Below, in pieces: positions 13,573 to 34,190 of a stretch of DNA of 64,000 nucleotides (position 1 is the first letter of the stretch; the number at the start of each line of letters is the position of its first letter). The notes beneath the pieces are model-generated. The model saw only the letters and a program-made list of their open reading frames with translations. It ran no database searches and was not told where the DNA came from. The DNA lies in NCBI GenBank assembly GCA_963803435.1, contig CAWDML010000009.1, forward strand, positions 1,600,001-1,664,000, read 5' to 3'. Both the position numbers and the translations under genes were made by a program. This DNA comes from an uncultured delta proteobacterium. Lineage in GTDB: Bacteria; Myxococcota; Kuafuiibacteriia; Kuafuiibacteriales; Kuafuiibacteriaceae.

Positions 13573-15408
13573 CTAGCCCATCTTCTGCGCCACTCCTCGT
13601 AGCATGCGCAGTGTCCGCTCGAGCGGCTCGCGCGAAGACTTCAATGCTTCGAGCGATCGCATGTCGATCGCGCTCTGGGCGCGTCGCAGCGCGCCGTCGG
13701 CCTTGGCCAGCGCCTCTTTGCCGAAGTCGGAGCCGCTCATGAACCCGCTCACCTGCGGGATGATCGTCTGGATGTCGCGAATGATCGCCTCCACCTCGGC
13801 GCACTCCTGCGCGAAGGCGTCGGTCTGCTTGACGCCGACGGCGTAGTCCGAGGCCTCTTGCGCCATCTTCCGGATCTCGTCCTCGGTCAGGCCCGAGGTG
13901 GCCGTGACCGTGATGCTCTGCTGCAGGCCGGTCTCGAGATCCTTCGCCGAGACCGAGACGATGCCGTCGGCGGAGATCTCGAAGGTGACCTCGATCTCGA
14001 CCTCGCCGCGCGGGGCCTCGCGGAGCCCGGACAGGATGAACTCGCCCAGGAGCTCGTTCTCCTCGGCCCGGAGCGAGTCACCCTGAAACACCATGATCCG
14101 CACCGAGGTCTGGTTGTCCCGGACGGTGGTGAACACGTGGCTCGCGGAGGTCGGGACCGTGGTGTTCTTCTCGATGATCGTCTGGAAGTAGCCGCCGACG
14201 ATCATGATGCCGAGGTTGTGCGGCGTGACGTCGAGCAGGAGCACGCTCGAGCGCTCGTCGAGCAGCGACGCGCCCTGGATGGCGGCGCCCAGCGCGACGA
14301 CCTCGTCAGCGTTGACGCTCTTCGACGGCGAGAGCCCGAAGAACTCCTTCACCATCTCCTGGAGGCGAGGCGTGCGGGTCTGGCCGCCGACCAGGATGAC
14401 GTCGTCGAGCTCCTTCTTGTCGATCCCGGCGTCCTTGAGCGTCTTCTCGCAGATCTGGATGCAGCGCTCGCAGAGATCGATCACCAGATCCTCGAACTTC
14501 TCGCGGGTGAGCGTGCGCTGCAGGTGGAGGGCGTCGTTCTTGCCGGTCGAGATGATGAACGGGAGGTTGATCTCCGTCTGGGGTGCGCTCGAGAGCTCGC
14601 ACTTGGCCTTCTCGGCGGCGTCGCGGATCCGTTGGAGCGCCATCCGATCTTTCCGCAGATCGATCTTGTGCTCCTTGAGGAAGCCGAAGACGAGCCACTC
14701 GATGATGCGATTGTCGAAGTCCTCGCCGCCCAGATAGGTGTCGCCGGCGGTCGCCATCACCTCGAACACGCCCGAGCCAATCTCCAGGATCGAGATGTCG
14801 AACGTGCCCCCGCCCAGATCGAAGACGGCGACCTTGCGGTCGATCGACTTGCCGTAGCCGTACGCGAGCGAGGCCGCGGTGGGCTCGTTGATGATCCGGA
14901 CCACGTCGAGCCCGGCGATCCGGCCGGCGTCCTTGGTCGCCTGACGCTGGCCATCGTTGAAGTACGCGGGCACGGTGATCACGCACTTCTCGATCTCGCG
15001 CTCGAGATACTGCTCCGCGATCAGCTTCATCTCCGAGAGGATCATCGAGCTGATCTCGGGGAGGCTGTAGATCTTGTCTCGCAGCGCGATCCGGACGTCG
15101 TGATGCGGGCCTTCGATCAGCTTGTAGCTGCAGGTCTCGAGGGCGGCCGCCACCGCGGGCGAGTTCCACTTGCGGCCGATCAGCCGCTTGCTGGCATACA
15201 CCGTCCCTTCGGGGTTCGTGATCGCCTGCCGCTTCGCGATGTGTCCGATCAAGCGACGACCGCTCTCGGCGATCGCGACGATCGACGGGGTGGTACGATA
15301 TCCCGCGCGATTGGGGATCACCTTCGGAACGCCGTCTTCGACGATGGCGACGACCGAGTTGGTCGTCCCTAGATCGATTCCAATGATCGGTTCGGTGGCC
15401 ACCCGCAA
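13573..15408 (-). CDS. dnaK: Hsp70/DnaK-family chaperone (paralog with short C-terminus)
   Basis: [41 protein letters not shown] and linker VLLLDVTP. Confidence 0.95.
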   Translation of the reverse strand: MRVATEPIIGIDLGTTNSVVAIVEDGVPKVIPNRAGYRTTPSIVAIAESGRRLIGHIAKRQAITNPEGTVYASKRLIGRKWNSPAVAAALETCSYKLIEGPHHDVRIALRDKIYSLPEISSMILSEMKLIAEQYLEREIEKCVITVPAYFNDGQRQATKDAGRIAGLDVVRIINEPTAASLAYGYGKSIDRKVAVFDLGGGTFDISILEIGSGVFEVMATAGDTYLGGEDFDNRIIEWLVFGFLKEHKIDLRKDRMALQRIRDAAEKAKCELSSAPQTEINLPFIISTGKNDALHLQRTLTREKFEDLVIDLCERCIQICEKTLKDAGIDKKELDDVILVGGQTRTPRLQEMVKEFFGLSPSKSVNADEVVALGAAIQGASLLDERSSVLLLDVTPHNLGIMIVGGYFQTIIEKNTTVPTSASHVFTTVRDNQTSVRIMVFQGDSLRAEENELLGEFILSGLREAPRGEVEIEVTFEISADGIVSVSAKDLETGLQQSITVTATSGLTEDEIRKMAQEASDYAVGVKQTDAFAQECAEVEAIIRDIQTIIPQVSGFMSGSDFGKEALAKADGALRRAQSAIDMRSLEALKSSREPLERTLRMLRGVAQKMG

Positions 15409-15424
15409 TTACCCCCCGCGTCCC

Positions 15425-16633
15425 CTAGAAGCCCCACTTCAACTTCTTCAGCCTCTTCTTGGCGTCTTCGTAGTTGGGCTTCAGGTCGACGGCCGTCTTG
15501 TACTCGCGGATAGCCGCCTTCTCCATGCCGCCCCTTTCGTAACACAATCCGAGGACGAAGTGCGCCTCCGGCTCGTTGGGGAGCAGCGAGACCGCCTTCT
15601 GTGCGTGGGCGTTCGCCTCATGGGGATCCCGACCGCTCATCAAGAGATTGAAGGCGAGCCGGACCCGGGCCTCGCCGTTGTCGGGTGACAGTCGCACCAC
15701 TTCGCCGAACGCGATCACCGCATTGTCCCAGTTGGTCATCGACTCCTCGTGGGCGCCGCGCCGGAGGAAGGGGCCAATCTTGAACTGTCCGGCCGACACG
15801 CGCAGCTCCTCCTCGAGCGCCTTGTACTCGTCCTTCGGATCGTACGCGACCGCGGTCTGGACCGACCGGAGCGCTTCGAGGAGCGTCCCGTCGTCCCGTA
15901 GCCGCTGCGCATCCTCGTAGAACTGCTTGGCTTTGCTGATTCGCTGCCGGATCGGGTTCTTCTTCTTGCGGCGCTGGGCCGCCTCGACCACCCGCCGCGC
16001 CTCCCGCTCCTGCTTGCGCTGCTTGGCCTGCATCTCGGCGATCGCCTCCTCGTCGAGCATCAGGATGTTCGCCTCGTCGTACTTCTCGCGCGCGTCGGGA
16101 TCGGACAGCGTCTGGTAGGCCTCCTGGATCTTCTTGAAGATGTCCTCGATCATCCGCTTGAACGATCCGAGGTTCGGCTTCCGAAACCGATCCGGGTGCC
16201 ACTCCTTGCTCCGCTCGAAATATGCTTTTTTGAGGTCTTTCGCATCGTCCTTTCGATGCGCCTGGAGCAGCTCGTAGAACGTCCACTTCGTGAGGTGATC
16301 GTGGACCCAGATGATCCGCTTGCGGGTGTCGGAGTCGAGGTCGCCCTCCTCCATCATCAGGCTCGGGGGAAAGATGAAGCTCCCGAACTCGCTGGCGGGC
16401 TCACCCTCGTCGTCGCTCCCGTTCGCCGTCAAGACGATCAGCCCGGCGCGCGAGAGCCGGTTGAGGATCTTCTGGGTCTCCTCCCGGGTCTTTCCGATGA
16501 TGATGGCGATGTCCTTCACCGACGTGTGCCCGTCGATGCGGGATGCGATGAACCCCTCCTCGACGGAGAGCCCGGCTTGGGTGAGGTCGATGCCCTGCCG
16601 CATCCGGGGGATCAGTTCCTCCGCGCCTGGCAT
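15425..16633 (-). CDS. J-domain co-chaperone with N-terminal winged-helix-like domain and C-terminal TPRs
   Basis: FYELL...WHPDRF...IQEAYQTLSDP J-domain; C-terminal TPRs (EAHFVLGLCY). Start taken at MPGAEEL. Confidence 0.9.
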   Translation of the reverse strand: MPGAEELIPRMRQGIDLTQAGLSVEEGFIASRIDGHTSVKDIAIIIGKTREETQKILNRLSRAGLIVLTANGSDDEGEPASEFGSFIFPPSLMMEEGDLDSDTRKRIIWVHDHLTKWTFYELLQAHRKDDAKDLKKAYFERSKEWHPDRFRKPNLGSFKRMIEDIFKKIQEAYQTLSDPDAREKYDEANILMLDEEAIAEMQAKQRKQEREARRVVEAAQRRKKKNPIRQRISKAKQFYEDAQRLRDDGTLLEALRSVQTAVAYDPKDEYKALEEELRVSAGQFKIGPFLRRGAHEESMTNWDNAVIAFGEVVRLSPDNGEARVRLAFNLLMSGRDPHEANAHAQKAVSLLPNEPEAHFVLGLCYERGGMEKAAIREYKTAVDLKPNYEDAKKRLKKLKWGF

Positions 16634-16673
16634 TCCTAGCCAGAAGAGGATGTTCCACGCCCCAGAAGCCGGG

Positions 16674-17893
16674 TCAAGACGCCGGCTTCGAGAGCGAACC
16701 GAGCGCGTCGTCGAGGACGGCGAGCGCCCAATCCACGTGCGGCGCCTCCAGGATGAGCGGCGGCGCGAGCCGGACCACGCCGGGCCCGGCCACGTGCACC
16801 AGCACGCCGCGTTCCCGACATGCTCGCACGACATCGGCGGCTGTGAAGCGTGCGTCACTTCGAAGCGCGGCGCCAATCAGGAGACCCCGACCGCGCACGT
16901 CTTCGATGACCGGGTGCCGCTCGCCGAGCGCGGCCAGCCCGGCGAAGAGTCGATCCGCGACCCTTCGCACCTGATCCAGGAAGCCCGGCGCCGAGACCAC
17001 GTCGAGCACTACCTGTCCCAGCGAGCAGGCCACCGGATTCCCACCGAAGGTCGTCCCATGCACGCCGTACGCGAGCGCCTTCGCGACGGACCGCGCGGCC
17101 AGCGTGGCGCCCAGCGGCAGGCCCCCGCCGAGCGACTTGGCCAGCGTCATGATGTCCGGCACCACGTCTTCGCCCTGGTAGGCGAACATCCGTCCGGTGC
17201 GCCCGATACCGACCTGGACCTCGTCGAAGACGAGCAGCGCGCCCCGGCTCACGGTCATCTCGCGGAGGGCCGCCAGGAACCCCGACGGCGGCGCCCGTAC
17301 CCCGCCCTCACCCTGGATCGGCTCGACGATCACCGCGGCGGTCCGAGGTCCGATCGCGCGGTGGGCCGCCTCGGGGTCGCCGAAGGGGACGTGCACGAAG
17401 TCGCCCGGGAGCGGCGCGAAGCCCTCGTGGTACTTCGGCTGGCCCGTCGCCGCCAGCGCCCCGAGCGTCCGCCCGTGGAACGAGTGGAGAAACGAGACGA
17501 TCTCGGTTCGCGATCGCTCTCCCCGCTCCCACGCGTGGCGGCGCGCCATCTTGATCGCGGCCTCGTTCGCCTCCGCACCCGAGTTGCAGAAGAACACGGC
17601 CTCGGCGAAGGACAGCTCGCACAGCTTCTCGGCGAGCTCGATCGACGGGCGGTTCAGGTAGAGGTTCGAGGTGTGCAGGACCCGCTCGGCCTGTGCGTTC
17701 AGCGCCGCCACCAGCTTCGGGTGGTGATGCCCGAGCGCGTTGACGGCGATGCCGGAGACCATGTCGAGGTAACGGTTGCCTTCGACGTCGATCACCTCGA
17801 CGCCCTCGCCACGCTCGATGACGATCTCGGCCGGCCGGTAATTGGGCACGAAGACCCGCTGGAATCGCTCGGACCACTCCCGATTGCTTTCGC

Positions 17894-17897
<4 letters not shown>
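16674..17897 (-). CDS. argD: Acetylornithine aminotransferase (class III PLP enzyme)
   Basis: [59 protein letters not shown]. Confidence 0.93.
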
Positions 17898-19266
<1,369 letters not shown>

Positions 19267-19270
<4 letters not shown>

Positions 19271-19797
19271 TGGCCGAGCTCCAGAACCGTGATCCCGGTG
19301 TTGGTGTAGATGCAGATCTCGGCGGCGATCCCCAGCGCCTCCTCGACCACCTTCCTCGGACCGAGCTCCGAGTGCTTGGTGAGCGCGCGGGCCGCCGCCA
19401 GCGCCATCGGCCCACCGCTGCCGATCGCGCAGATTCCGTCCTCGGGCTCGATCACGTCTCCATTGCCCGAGAGCACCAGCGTCTTCTCGACGTCCGCCAC
19501 GATCAACATCGCCTCGAGGCGCCGGAGGAACCGATCCGTCCGCCAGTCCTTGGCCAGCTCGACCGCCGAGCGGAGGAGCTGGCCGTTGAACTCCTTGAGC
19601 TTGCCCTCGAAGCGTTCGAACAGCGTGAAGGCGTCGGCGGTCGACCCGGCAAAGCCGCCGATGACGCGACCCTCCATGAGGGTCCGAACCTTCTTCGCGT
19701 TCGCTTTGATGACGGTCTGCCCGAGCGTCACCTGGCCGTCCCCGCCGACCGCCACGTGGCGTCCCTGTCGAGCGGTCACGACGGTGGTCCCGTGCAT
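19267..19797 (-). CDS. hslV: HslUV protease peptidase subunit
   Basis: HGTTV N-terminal Thr, [28 protein letters not shown]. Alternative GTG start at 19803. Confidence 0.97.
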
Positions 19798-19845
19798 CTC
19801 CACGCTGCCTATCCAGCAAACCCCAACCATTCGGTCAACCGTTTC

Positions 19846-19874
19846 TCGACGCCGCGATCGGCGCGCTCTATGCT
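19846..19874 (+). promoter_or_regulatory. Putative sigma70 promoter TCGACG-N17-TATGCT, 6 nt upstream of the xerC GTG
   Basis: Motifs with canonical spacing. Confidence 0.45.
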
Positions 19875-19880
19875 GCGCGC

Positions 19881-20846
19881 GTGCGGGAGCGGAGGCGGAG
19901 GAGGCGTCCTCGCCCGGACGAGGCGGACCGCCCCCCCGTCCGTACCACCCTGCCTGCGGCGATCGCCGACTTCCTCGACTATCTCGAGCACGAGCGCCGG
20001 CTGAGCCCGCGGACCGTGCGCGCGTACCGATCGGATCTCGACGCGCTCACCGCCTTCCTCGCCGACCAGGGCTTCGCGCGCGGTCCGGAGACCCTCGACG
20101 CCTCGATGATCCGGAGCTACCTGGCCGCGATCCACCCGGACACCTCCGCACGCACGCGCGCCCGCAAGCTGTCGAGCATCCGCAGCTTCTTTCGGTTCCT
20201 GGTGCGGCGTGGTCGAGTGAAGCGGAACGTCGGCCAGGAGATCCTCTCTCCCAAGCTCCCATCGCTGCTCCCGCGCGCGCTCCAGGTGGACGAGGTCTTC
20301 GGGATCATCGAGGCCCCCTCGCCCGACGATCCCCTCCATCACCGCGACCTGGCGATGTTCGAGCTCCTCTACGGCGCCGGGCTGCGCGCGCAGGAGCTGG
20401 TCGATCTCGACCTCACCCGGCTCGATCTCACGAAGCGCCGCGTGCGGGTGATCGGGAAGGGCAACAAGGAGCGCGTCGTCCCCTTCGGCCGGAAAGCCAA
20501 GGCGGCGCTCGAGCGCTGGCTGGCGCTGCGCCCTCAGCTCGCGCTGTTCGGCGAGAAAGCCGTGTTCGTTTCAAAAGAAGGGCGGCGGCTCTCCACGCGC
20601 GGCCTCCGACGCCGGCTCCACCGCCGGACGCGCGACATCGGGCTCGAGCGCCGCGTCACGCCCCACGTGCTTCGGCACAGCTTCGCCACGCACCTCCTCG
20701 ACGGCGGCGCCGACCTGCGCTCGATCCAGGAGATGCTGGGCCACGCCAGCCTGGGGACGACGCAGCGGTACACGGCGGTGTCCGTGGAGCACCTGCGGCG
20801 GGTGTACGATCACGCCCACCCACTGGGCGACGACCACGAAGAGTGA
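19881..20846 (+). CDS. xerC: Tyrosine recombinase XerC
   Basis: [50 protein letters not shown]. Located between trmFO and hslV. Confidence 0.9.
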   Translation: MRERRRRRRPRPDEADRPPVRTTLPAAIADFLDYLEHERRLSPRTVRAYRSDLDALTAFLADQGFARGPETLDASMIRSYLAAIHPDTSARTRARKLSSIRSFFRFLVRRGRVKRNVGQEILSPKLPSLLPRALQVDEVFGIIEAPSPDDPLHHRDLAMFELLYGAGLRAQELVDLDLTRLDLTKRRVRVIGKGNKERVVPFGRKAKAALERWLALRPQLALFGEKAVFVSKEGRRLSTRGLRRRLHRRTRDIGLERRVTPHVLRHSFATHLLDGGADLRSIQEMLGHASLGTTQRYTAVSVEHLRRVYDHAHPLGDDHEE

Positions 20847-20907
20847 TCTCGACACGGGCACCGTCACCGTCACGCCGCCTTGACGTGGGGTGGTCGTGGG
20901 TGCGGGC

Positions 20908-22254
20908 TCAGAGGTGCTCAACCGCCCACCAGCGATCGAGCTCGGCCAGCGCCCGCTCCCCGTACAACGTCTTCCGATCGCGCTTGCGCGCGCGTCCCTC
21001 CAGCGGCGGGCACAGACCCCAGTGAATGTTCGACGGCACGTGCCCCGCCTTCTTCGCCCCGGGCGTGCGCTCGAGGCCGAGCACGTGGCCGTAGAGTGCG
21101 CCGAGGGCGGTGGTCCTCGGCGGCACCGCGAGCGGGCGATCCCGCAGGCGGCGGGACGCGATCATCAGCGCCACCAGGAGGCCGCAGGCGGTGGACTCGA
21201 CATACCCCTCGACGCCGGTCACCTGCCCGGCGAAGCGCACGTGGGGCGCGGAGCGAAGGCGGAGCTCGGGGTCGAGGAGCTCGGGCGAGTCGACGTAGGT
21301 GTTGCGGTGGACCGAGCCCATGCGGAGCAGCTCGGCCTCTCGGAGGCCGGGGATCATGGCGAAGATCTCCCGCTGTGGTCCCCACTTCATCCGGGTCTGG
21401 AACCCGACCAGGTTGTAGGCGGTCTGATCGACGTTCTCGGCCCGGAGCTGGACGACCGCGTGCGGGATCTGTCCAGTGCGCGGATCCGGAAGACCGACCG
21501 GCTTCATCGGACCGAAGCGGAGCGTGTCGCGGCCGCGCTCGGCCATGACCTCGATCGGGAGGCAGCCCTCGAAGTAGCGGGCCTCCTCGAAGCCGTGCGC
21601 GCCGACCTTCTCGGCGGCCAGGACCGCGTCGACGAAGCGCTCGTAGGTCGGGCGGTCCATGGGACAGTTGAGGTAGTCGTCGCCGTCGCCCTTGCCGTAC
21701 CGGGAGGCGGCGTAGACCTCCGACATGTCGATGGTCTCCGCGCTGACGATCGGCGCGATCGCGTCGTAGAAGTAGAGCCGCTCCTTGCCGCCGCAGAGGG
21801 TCTCGAGCGCCGACGCGAGGTCGGGGCTGGTGAGGGGACCGGTGGCGATGACCAGCTCGTCGACCTCGCCGGAGTCCGGGATCGCAGTGATCTCGCGCTC
21901 GACCACCTCGATGTTGGGCTCGCGGCGAATCGCGTCGGTCACTGCCGCGCTGAACCGCTCTCGATCGACCGCCAGCGCGCCACCGGCCGGTACCTTGGTG
22001 TCGTCCGCAAATCGGATCAGGCGCCCGCCGATCCGGCGCATCTCCTCCTTGATCACACCGACGGCCGAGTCGAGGCCGGCGCCGCGGAACGAGTTCGAGC
22101 AGACCAGCTCCGCGTAGTGATCGCTCACCTGTGCGGGCGTCCGCTGGTGCGGCTTCATCTCGAAGAGACGGACCGGGATGCCGCGGCTCGCCAGCTGGAG
22201 CGCGGCCTCGCAGCCGGCCAGACCGGCGCCGATGATGAAGACCGGACGGGCCAT
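20908..22254 (-). CDS. trmFO: Folate/FAD-dependent tRNA (uracil-54) methyltransferase TrmFO
   Basis: [47 protein letters not shown]. Confidence 0.96.
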   Translation of the reverse strand: MARPVFIIGAGLAGCEAALQLASRGIPVRLFEMKPHQRTPAQVSDHYAELVCSNSFRGAGLDSAVGVIKEEMRRIGGRLIRFADDTKVPAGGALAVDRERFSAAVTDAIRREPNIEVVEREITAIPDSGEVDELVIATGPLTSPDLASALETLCGGKERLYFYDAIAPIVSAETIDMSEVYAASRYGKGDGDDYLNCPMDRPTYERFVDAVLAAEKVGAHGFEEARYFEGCLPIEVMAERGRDTLRFGPMKPVGLPDPRTGQIPHAVVQLRAENVDQTAYNLVGFQTRMKWGPQREIFAMIPGLREAELLRMGSVHRNTYVDSPELLDPELRLRSAPHVRFAGQVTGVEGYVESTACGLLVALMIASRRLRDRPLAVPPRTTALGALYGHVLGLERTPGAKKAGHVPSNIHWGLCPPLEGRARKRDRKTLYGERALAELDRWWAVEHL

Positions 22255-22265
22255 TCGGCGGCAGC

Positions 22266-23768
<1,503 letters not shown>

Positions 23769-23820
23769 GGCCGCCGGTGCCAAAGATGCCTTTGGACCCG
23801 CCACTCCGCAACGCAGGCGC

Positions 23821-24648
23821 TCAGGGCCGCCGGACCCGCCCGCCGGGCAGGATCGCGACCCGTCCCTCCACCTCGAGTCGGGTCAAGTGGGCCAAGACAC
23901 GAGCGATCGGCGCCTTCGCCCGGGCCGCCAGCCGATCGATCGTGATGGCGGCCTCCTCGGGGAGCGCCGCCAGGATCGGATCGGGATCCCCCACAGATCC
24001 GCGGGGCGGGAGCGACAGCCACGCCGCCAGCGCCGCCAGCGAGCCCACCACCGACGCACCCGCCGCCGCCGGCGACCGGCCACCAGCGCCCCGGGGATCG
24101 TCGAGCACCCAGGGGACGACGGCTCGCAGGCGTCCGAGCGCGCGGGCCGACCGGAGCGTGTGGCGCGTCCCGGAGCGCGGACCGGCCTCGACGACGATCA
24201 CCGCATCGGCGAGGGCGGCGATGATGCGGTTGCGCGTCATGAAGCTCTTCTTCCCCTGGGGCGGCTCGGCCAGCTCGGAGACCAGCGCCCCGCCGCGCGC
24301 GATCACCTCGGCGAACAGCGCCCGGTTCTGCTTCGGCACCGGTCGATCGACCGGAGACGGAAGCACCACGATCGTCGGGCCGCCGCCCTCGAGGGCGCCC
24401 CGATGCGCGGCGGCGTCGATCCCGATCGCACCGCCGCTCACGACGCCGGCGCCCTGCTCGGCCAGGCGCTTCGCCATCCGGGACGCCAGCACCCGGCCCT
24501 CCTCGGACGCCCGCCGCGAGCCCACGATCGCGACCCACCGCTCGGCGTGCGGCAGCGGAGCGCTGGCGTAGAGGATCAGGGGCGGATCGGCGAGGTCGTG
24601 GAGCCGCGACGGATAGCCGGGCGCGCCGGCGGCGATCGCGATCGACAC
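23821..24648 (-). CDS. dprA: DNA-processing protein DprA/Smf
   Basis: YPSRL...DPP, VAIVGSR, VSGGAIGIDAAAH, RNRIIA, VVEAGPRSGT and a C-terminal winged helix. Confidence 0.92.
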   Translation of the reverse strand: MSIAIAAGAPGYPSRLHDLADPPLILYASAPLPHAERWVAIVGSRRASEEGRVLASRMAKRLAEQGAGVVSGGAIGIDAAAHRGALEGGGPTIVVLPSPVDRPVPKQNRALFAEVIARGGALVSELAEPPQGKKSFMTRNRIIAALADAVIVVEAGPRSGTRHTLRSARALGRLRAVVPWVLDDPRGAGGRSPAAAGASVVGSLAALAAWLSLPPRGSVGDPDPILAALPEEAAITIDRLAARAKAPIARVLAHLTRLEVEGRVAILPGGRVRRP

Positions 24649-24707
24649 CGATCGCGGATCGGCTCCACGCCGCGAAAGATCAAGGGATCAGAGGATACGG
24701 AACGGTT

Positions 24708-25811
24708 TCAGTTCCTGCGCATCTCGATCTTGTCGCCGACGGCGAGCTCGCGGAGCGCGAAGGTCACGATGGCGGTCGACGCATTCTCCTGGGCGTCGAG
24801 CACCATCAGCTGACCGACCTCTTCGTTCGGGAGGTCTTCGGTCTCGCGTGTGTAGAGATCGCCGCGCGTGATCACCCGGAAGATGTTGCCCCGCTGCACA
24901 CCCTGGGAGCGGCCGCGATCGATGAACACCAGGTGGAACTCGCCGATCTGGCCGATCACGTCGCCGACGGTCTCGACGATGTAGCCCTGCGTCTCGGCGG
25001 TGTTCGCGACCGGGGCGACCCGTTGCCCGAAGCCCTCCGGCCACTTACCCACGTAGTCGCCGCGCTCGATGGGGCGGTACGACTGCGCGACCTGACCGGT
25101 CGCCACCACCGGGCTGGTGTCGATGATCTCGACGCCGCCCAGGATCTCGACCGCATACCCGATCGACTCGCCCGTGATCGGGTGGTCGATCTCGCGGGTG
25201 ATGCGATAGACCGCGAGGCGATCGCCCTTCTTCCCCGCGTTCTTCAGCTTCATGTAGACGCGGTCGTAGTCGGTCAGCATGACCGCCTCTTGCTCCGCGT
25301 TGATGATCTGGCCCGCCTTGTCCTGGTCCGCCGAGGAGATGAAGCCGACCAGCGTGGTCCAGACCGAGTCGGGCGCGATGCGACCGACCTGGATGTTGCC
25401 GGTGGTCTTCACGAGATCGTCCGCGTCGATGTCGCCGGGGACGGCCAGATCCTCGTCCGGAAGCTCGGTGCTCTTCGCGACCTGGACGTTGGTCGGCAGG
25501 TTCTCGTCGCTCGGATAGAAGCGGAGCTCGTTGCCCGGATAGATCCAGTGCGGGTTCGTGATCTGCGGGTTGTAGCTCCAGATCTTCGGCCAGTACCACG
25601 GGCTGTTGAGATACTTGGCGCACAGATCCCAGAGGGTGTCGCCGCTCTTCACCGTGTGGGTCTCGCCCACGGACGGCGGGGCGTCCGCTTCGGCCGTCTC
25701 GGCGTTCTCGCCGGCCGGCGTGCCGCCGAAGTCGTCGTCGTCTTCCTGCGCGAACGACGGCGTGCTGAACGCGATGGCGACCGCCACGACCGCGATGTTC
25801 TTCATGCGCAT
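24708..25811 (-). CDS. tsaP: LysM peptidoglycan-binding protein, TsaP-like (type IV pilus secretin-associated)
   Basis: Signal peptide; HTVKSGDTLWDL...PWYWPKIWSYNPQITNPHWIYPG; adjacent to dprA, as known for tsaP. Confidence 0.7.
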   Translation of the reverse strand: MRMKNIAVVAVAIAFSTPSFAQEDDDDFGGTPAGENAETAEADAPPSVGETHTVKSGDTLWDLCAKYLNSPWYWPKIWSYNPQITNPHWIYPGNELRFYPSDENLPTNVQVAKSTELPDEDLAVPGDIDADDLVKTTGNIQVGRIAPDSVWTTLVGFISSADQDKAGQIINAEQEAVMLTDYDRVYMKLKNAGKKGDRLAVYRITREIDHPITGESIGYAVEILGGVEIIDTSPVVATGQVAQSYRPIERGDYVGKWPEGFGQRVAPVANTAETQGYIVETVGDVIGQIGEFHLVFIDRGRSQGVQRGNIFRVITRGDLYTRETEDLPNEEVGQLMVLDAQENASTAIVTFALRELAVGDKIEMRRN

Positions 25812-25816
25812 GAAAG

Positions 25817-26740
25817 TTACCTCCGTCCCGATCCGGCTTGTAGCAGGGTCTTGGCCTTTTGGGCGGCCTCGCTGTCGGGATATTGCGCGATCACCTGGCT
25901 GAGCAGCACTTCCGCGCGCTCGTCCTGATGCAGCGCCGACCGCGCCTCTGCCGAACGCACCAGGGCGTCCGGGACCTTCGGCGATCGCGGGTATGTGTCG
26001 ATCATCCGTTGAAAGCCCTTGAGCGCGTCCGCATAGCGCCGCTCCTTGAAGTCGCACTCGGCGAGCCAGTAGGTGGCGTTGTCCGCCAGCTCCGAGGTGG
26101 GGTAGCGCCGGTTGAAGCGGCGAAAGAGCTTCCGCGCGCTGCGCACGTCGCCATCGATGCGCAGCTTCGCGAGCGCGATCTCGTAGGCCGCCTTGACCTC
26201 GGACTTGGTGACCCGGTGCGGCGCCTCGGGCGGCGCGGAGCGACGGGCCGCCGGCGCGTCGAGGACGGGATCGGGCTTGGCCAGCACCGCGTGATCGACC
26301 GGGAGCGACTCTTCCTCGGGACCGAGCTTGATCATGATCGGCGGCGATCCGTCGTCGATGGCGCCCTGCTCGAAGCCGCCCTCCTCGTCCGAGGTACCCG
26401 AGAACTTCACCACGGGCAGCGTGCGCTGCGGGCCGGCCAGCTGCGTGATCTTGGGCTCCACCGGGGTCGTCGGCCGCGGCGCGACCTTGCGGGGCTTGTC
26501 GCTGGCGCCCACCACCGGCGTCTTCGGCGCAGGCGCCACCTCGCCGCTCTGCCCGAGCGCCAGGAGCGTGACGCGCCCTTCGAGACGCTCGAGCTTCAGG
26601 TCCGAGTCGCTCATCTTTTCATGGAGCGTCCGAACCTCGCGCCGCAGTCGGCTCAGCTCTTCCTCGAGGGCGACGGTGTTGGTCGCGCACCCGGCCAGGG
26701 CGATGAGGCCGAGGCCGGCGGCAGACAAAGCTCCGCGCAT
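25817..26740 (-). CDS. cpoB: Tol-Pal-associated TPR lipoprotein, CpoB/YbgF-like
   Basis: Lipobox LAGC, N-terminal coiled coil, YPTSELADNATYWLAE...YPRSPKVPDAL...YPDSEAA. Confidence 0.75.
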   Translation of the reverse strand: MRGALSAAGLGLIALAGCATNTVALEEELSRLRREVRTLHEKMSDSDLKLERLEGRVTLLALGQSGEVAPAPKTPVVGASDKPRKVAPRPTTPVEPKITQLAGPQRTLPVVKFSGTSDEEGGFEQGAIDDGSPPIMIKLGPEEESLPVDHAVLAKPDPVLDAPAARRSAPPEAPHRVTKSEVKAAYEIALAKLRIDGDVRSARKLFRRFNRRYPTSELADNATYWLAECDFKERRYADALKGFQRMIDTYPRSPKVPDALVRSAEARSALHQDERAEVLLSQVIAQYPDSEAAQKAKTLLQAGSGRR

Positions 26741-26748
26741 CGGGGCCG

Positions 26749-26776
26749 ATTCTAGAAGAGTCCCTGAACCAGTCAA
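26749..26776 (-). promoter_or_regulatory. Putative sigma70 promoter TTGACT-N16-TAGAAT, 8 nt upstream of the cpoB-like ATG
   Basis: Both boxes match consensus at 5/6, in an AT-richer intergenic patch. Confidence 0.6.
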
Positions 26777-26801
26777 GAAAGCCACACCCTATAATGAGGG
26801 T

Positions 26802-27795
26802 TCAAAGAGCGAACAAAGGGCTGAAGTTTGCGTTCATTGGGGCCAAGGCCTCCGCCATGGCCGCGAGGTCGTGGAGGCGTTTGACCTGGTGGAACAGGGT
26901 CTCGAATCTCGGGGTGGACCTCCCCCATCGCCCGCACCCACCCCTTGATCCGGTTCAGCGCCACCCGATCCGGATCGTCGAAGCGCGGATCCCGCTGCAC
27001 CCGGGCGGCGAACTCGAGGAGCAGCGCCCGCGAGCGCGCGCTCGACCACGGGCGGTCGTCGAGCCCGGTCAACCACCGGAACAGGTTGGGCCGCCGGAAC
27101 GCGCCGCGTCCGATCATGAACGTGGTGCAACCGGTGACCTGGCGACAGCGGGCCAGGCTCTCCGGATCGAAGATGTCGCCGTTCGCGATCACAGGGACCG
27201 ACACCGCCTCGGCAGCCAAGCGGATCCGCTCCCAGTCCGCGGTGCCGTTGTACATCTGCACCTTGGTGCGGCCGTGGATCGTGATCCAGTCGGGACCGCC
27301 GGCCTCGGCCGCCTTCGCCACCGCCACCACGTCGTCGGGCGACTCCCAGCCCAGCCGGATCTTCGCGGACACCGTCACGCCGCGCGGCACCACCGCCCGG
27401 ACCGCCCCCACCACGTCGGTGAGGCGGCACGGCGATCGGAGGAGCGAAGCGCCACCGTCGCTCCCGTTCACGCGCTTGGCGGGGCACCCGAAGTTGAGAT
27501 CGATCCCGAGGGCGCCGAGGTCGACGGCGATCCGCGCGCTCTCGGCCACGTGCTCCGGCTCGCCGCCGAGCAGCTGAACCAGCACGGGTACGCCCGCGCG
27601 GGTGCGGCCGCCCCGCGTGAGCTCGGGACACTCGCGGAGGAGCACGCGCGCCGGCACTGGCCGGTGCACGACGCGGATGAACTCGGTGACGCAGAAGTCC
27701 ATCCCGCCGAGGGCGGACAAGAGATCGCGGACGATCGCGTCCGAGATCCCCTCCATGGGCGCGAGCGCCAGACGATAACGGTCGGTCCGGGTCAC
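26802..27795 (-). CDS. dusC: tRNA-dihydrouridine synthase, DusC-like (probable 1-nt frameshift near 26898)
   Basis: LAPMEG, TEFIRV, IDLNFGCPAK, SAKIRLG, IHGRT, ANGDI, MIGRGA. The shifted frame gives a typical tail DLFHQVKRL. Confidence 0.85.
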
Positions 27796-27936
27796 GCACC
27801 CACCTCCGCACGTCGCTCGGATGGCCGACCTTTCAGGCCGCCACCGATCGACAGGCTCCCAGGAGGCGGATCATCCCGCGGAGGTAGGGGGCGGGCGGCG
27901 AAGCGGAGCACGTCGCGCATCATGAAGGGCCGGCGA

Positions 27937-34186
<6,250 letters not shown>

Positions 34187-34190
34187 GGCG

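Noticed and set aside
19881-20846. Tyrosine recombinase as integrase of a mobile element or inversion switch
   Set aside because: XerC-like sequence in a housekeeping context, with no att sites, cargo, dif-like site or convincing flanking inverted repeats.
26786-26801. ACCCT-ATAATG-AGGGT inverted repeat containing TATAAT on the plus strand
   Set aside because: Only a 5-bp stem, and no supported plus-strand gene follows; it could be an operator but the evidence is insufficient.
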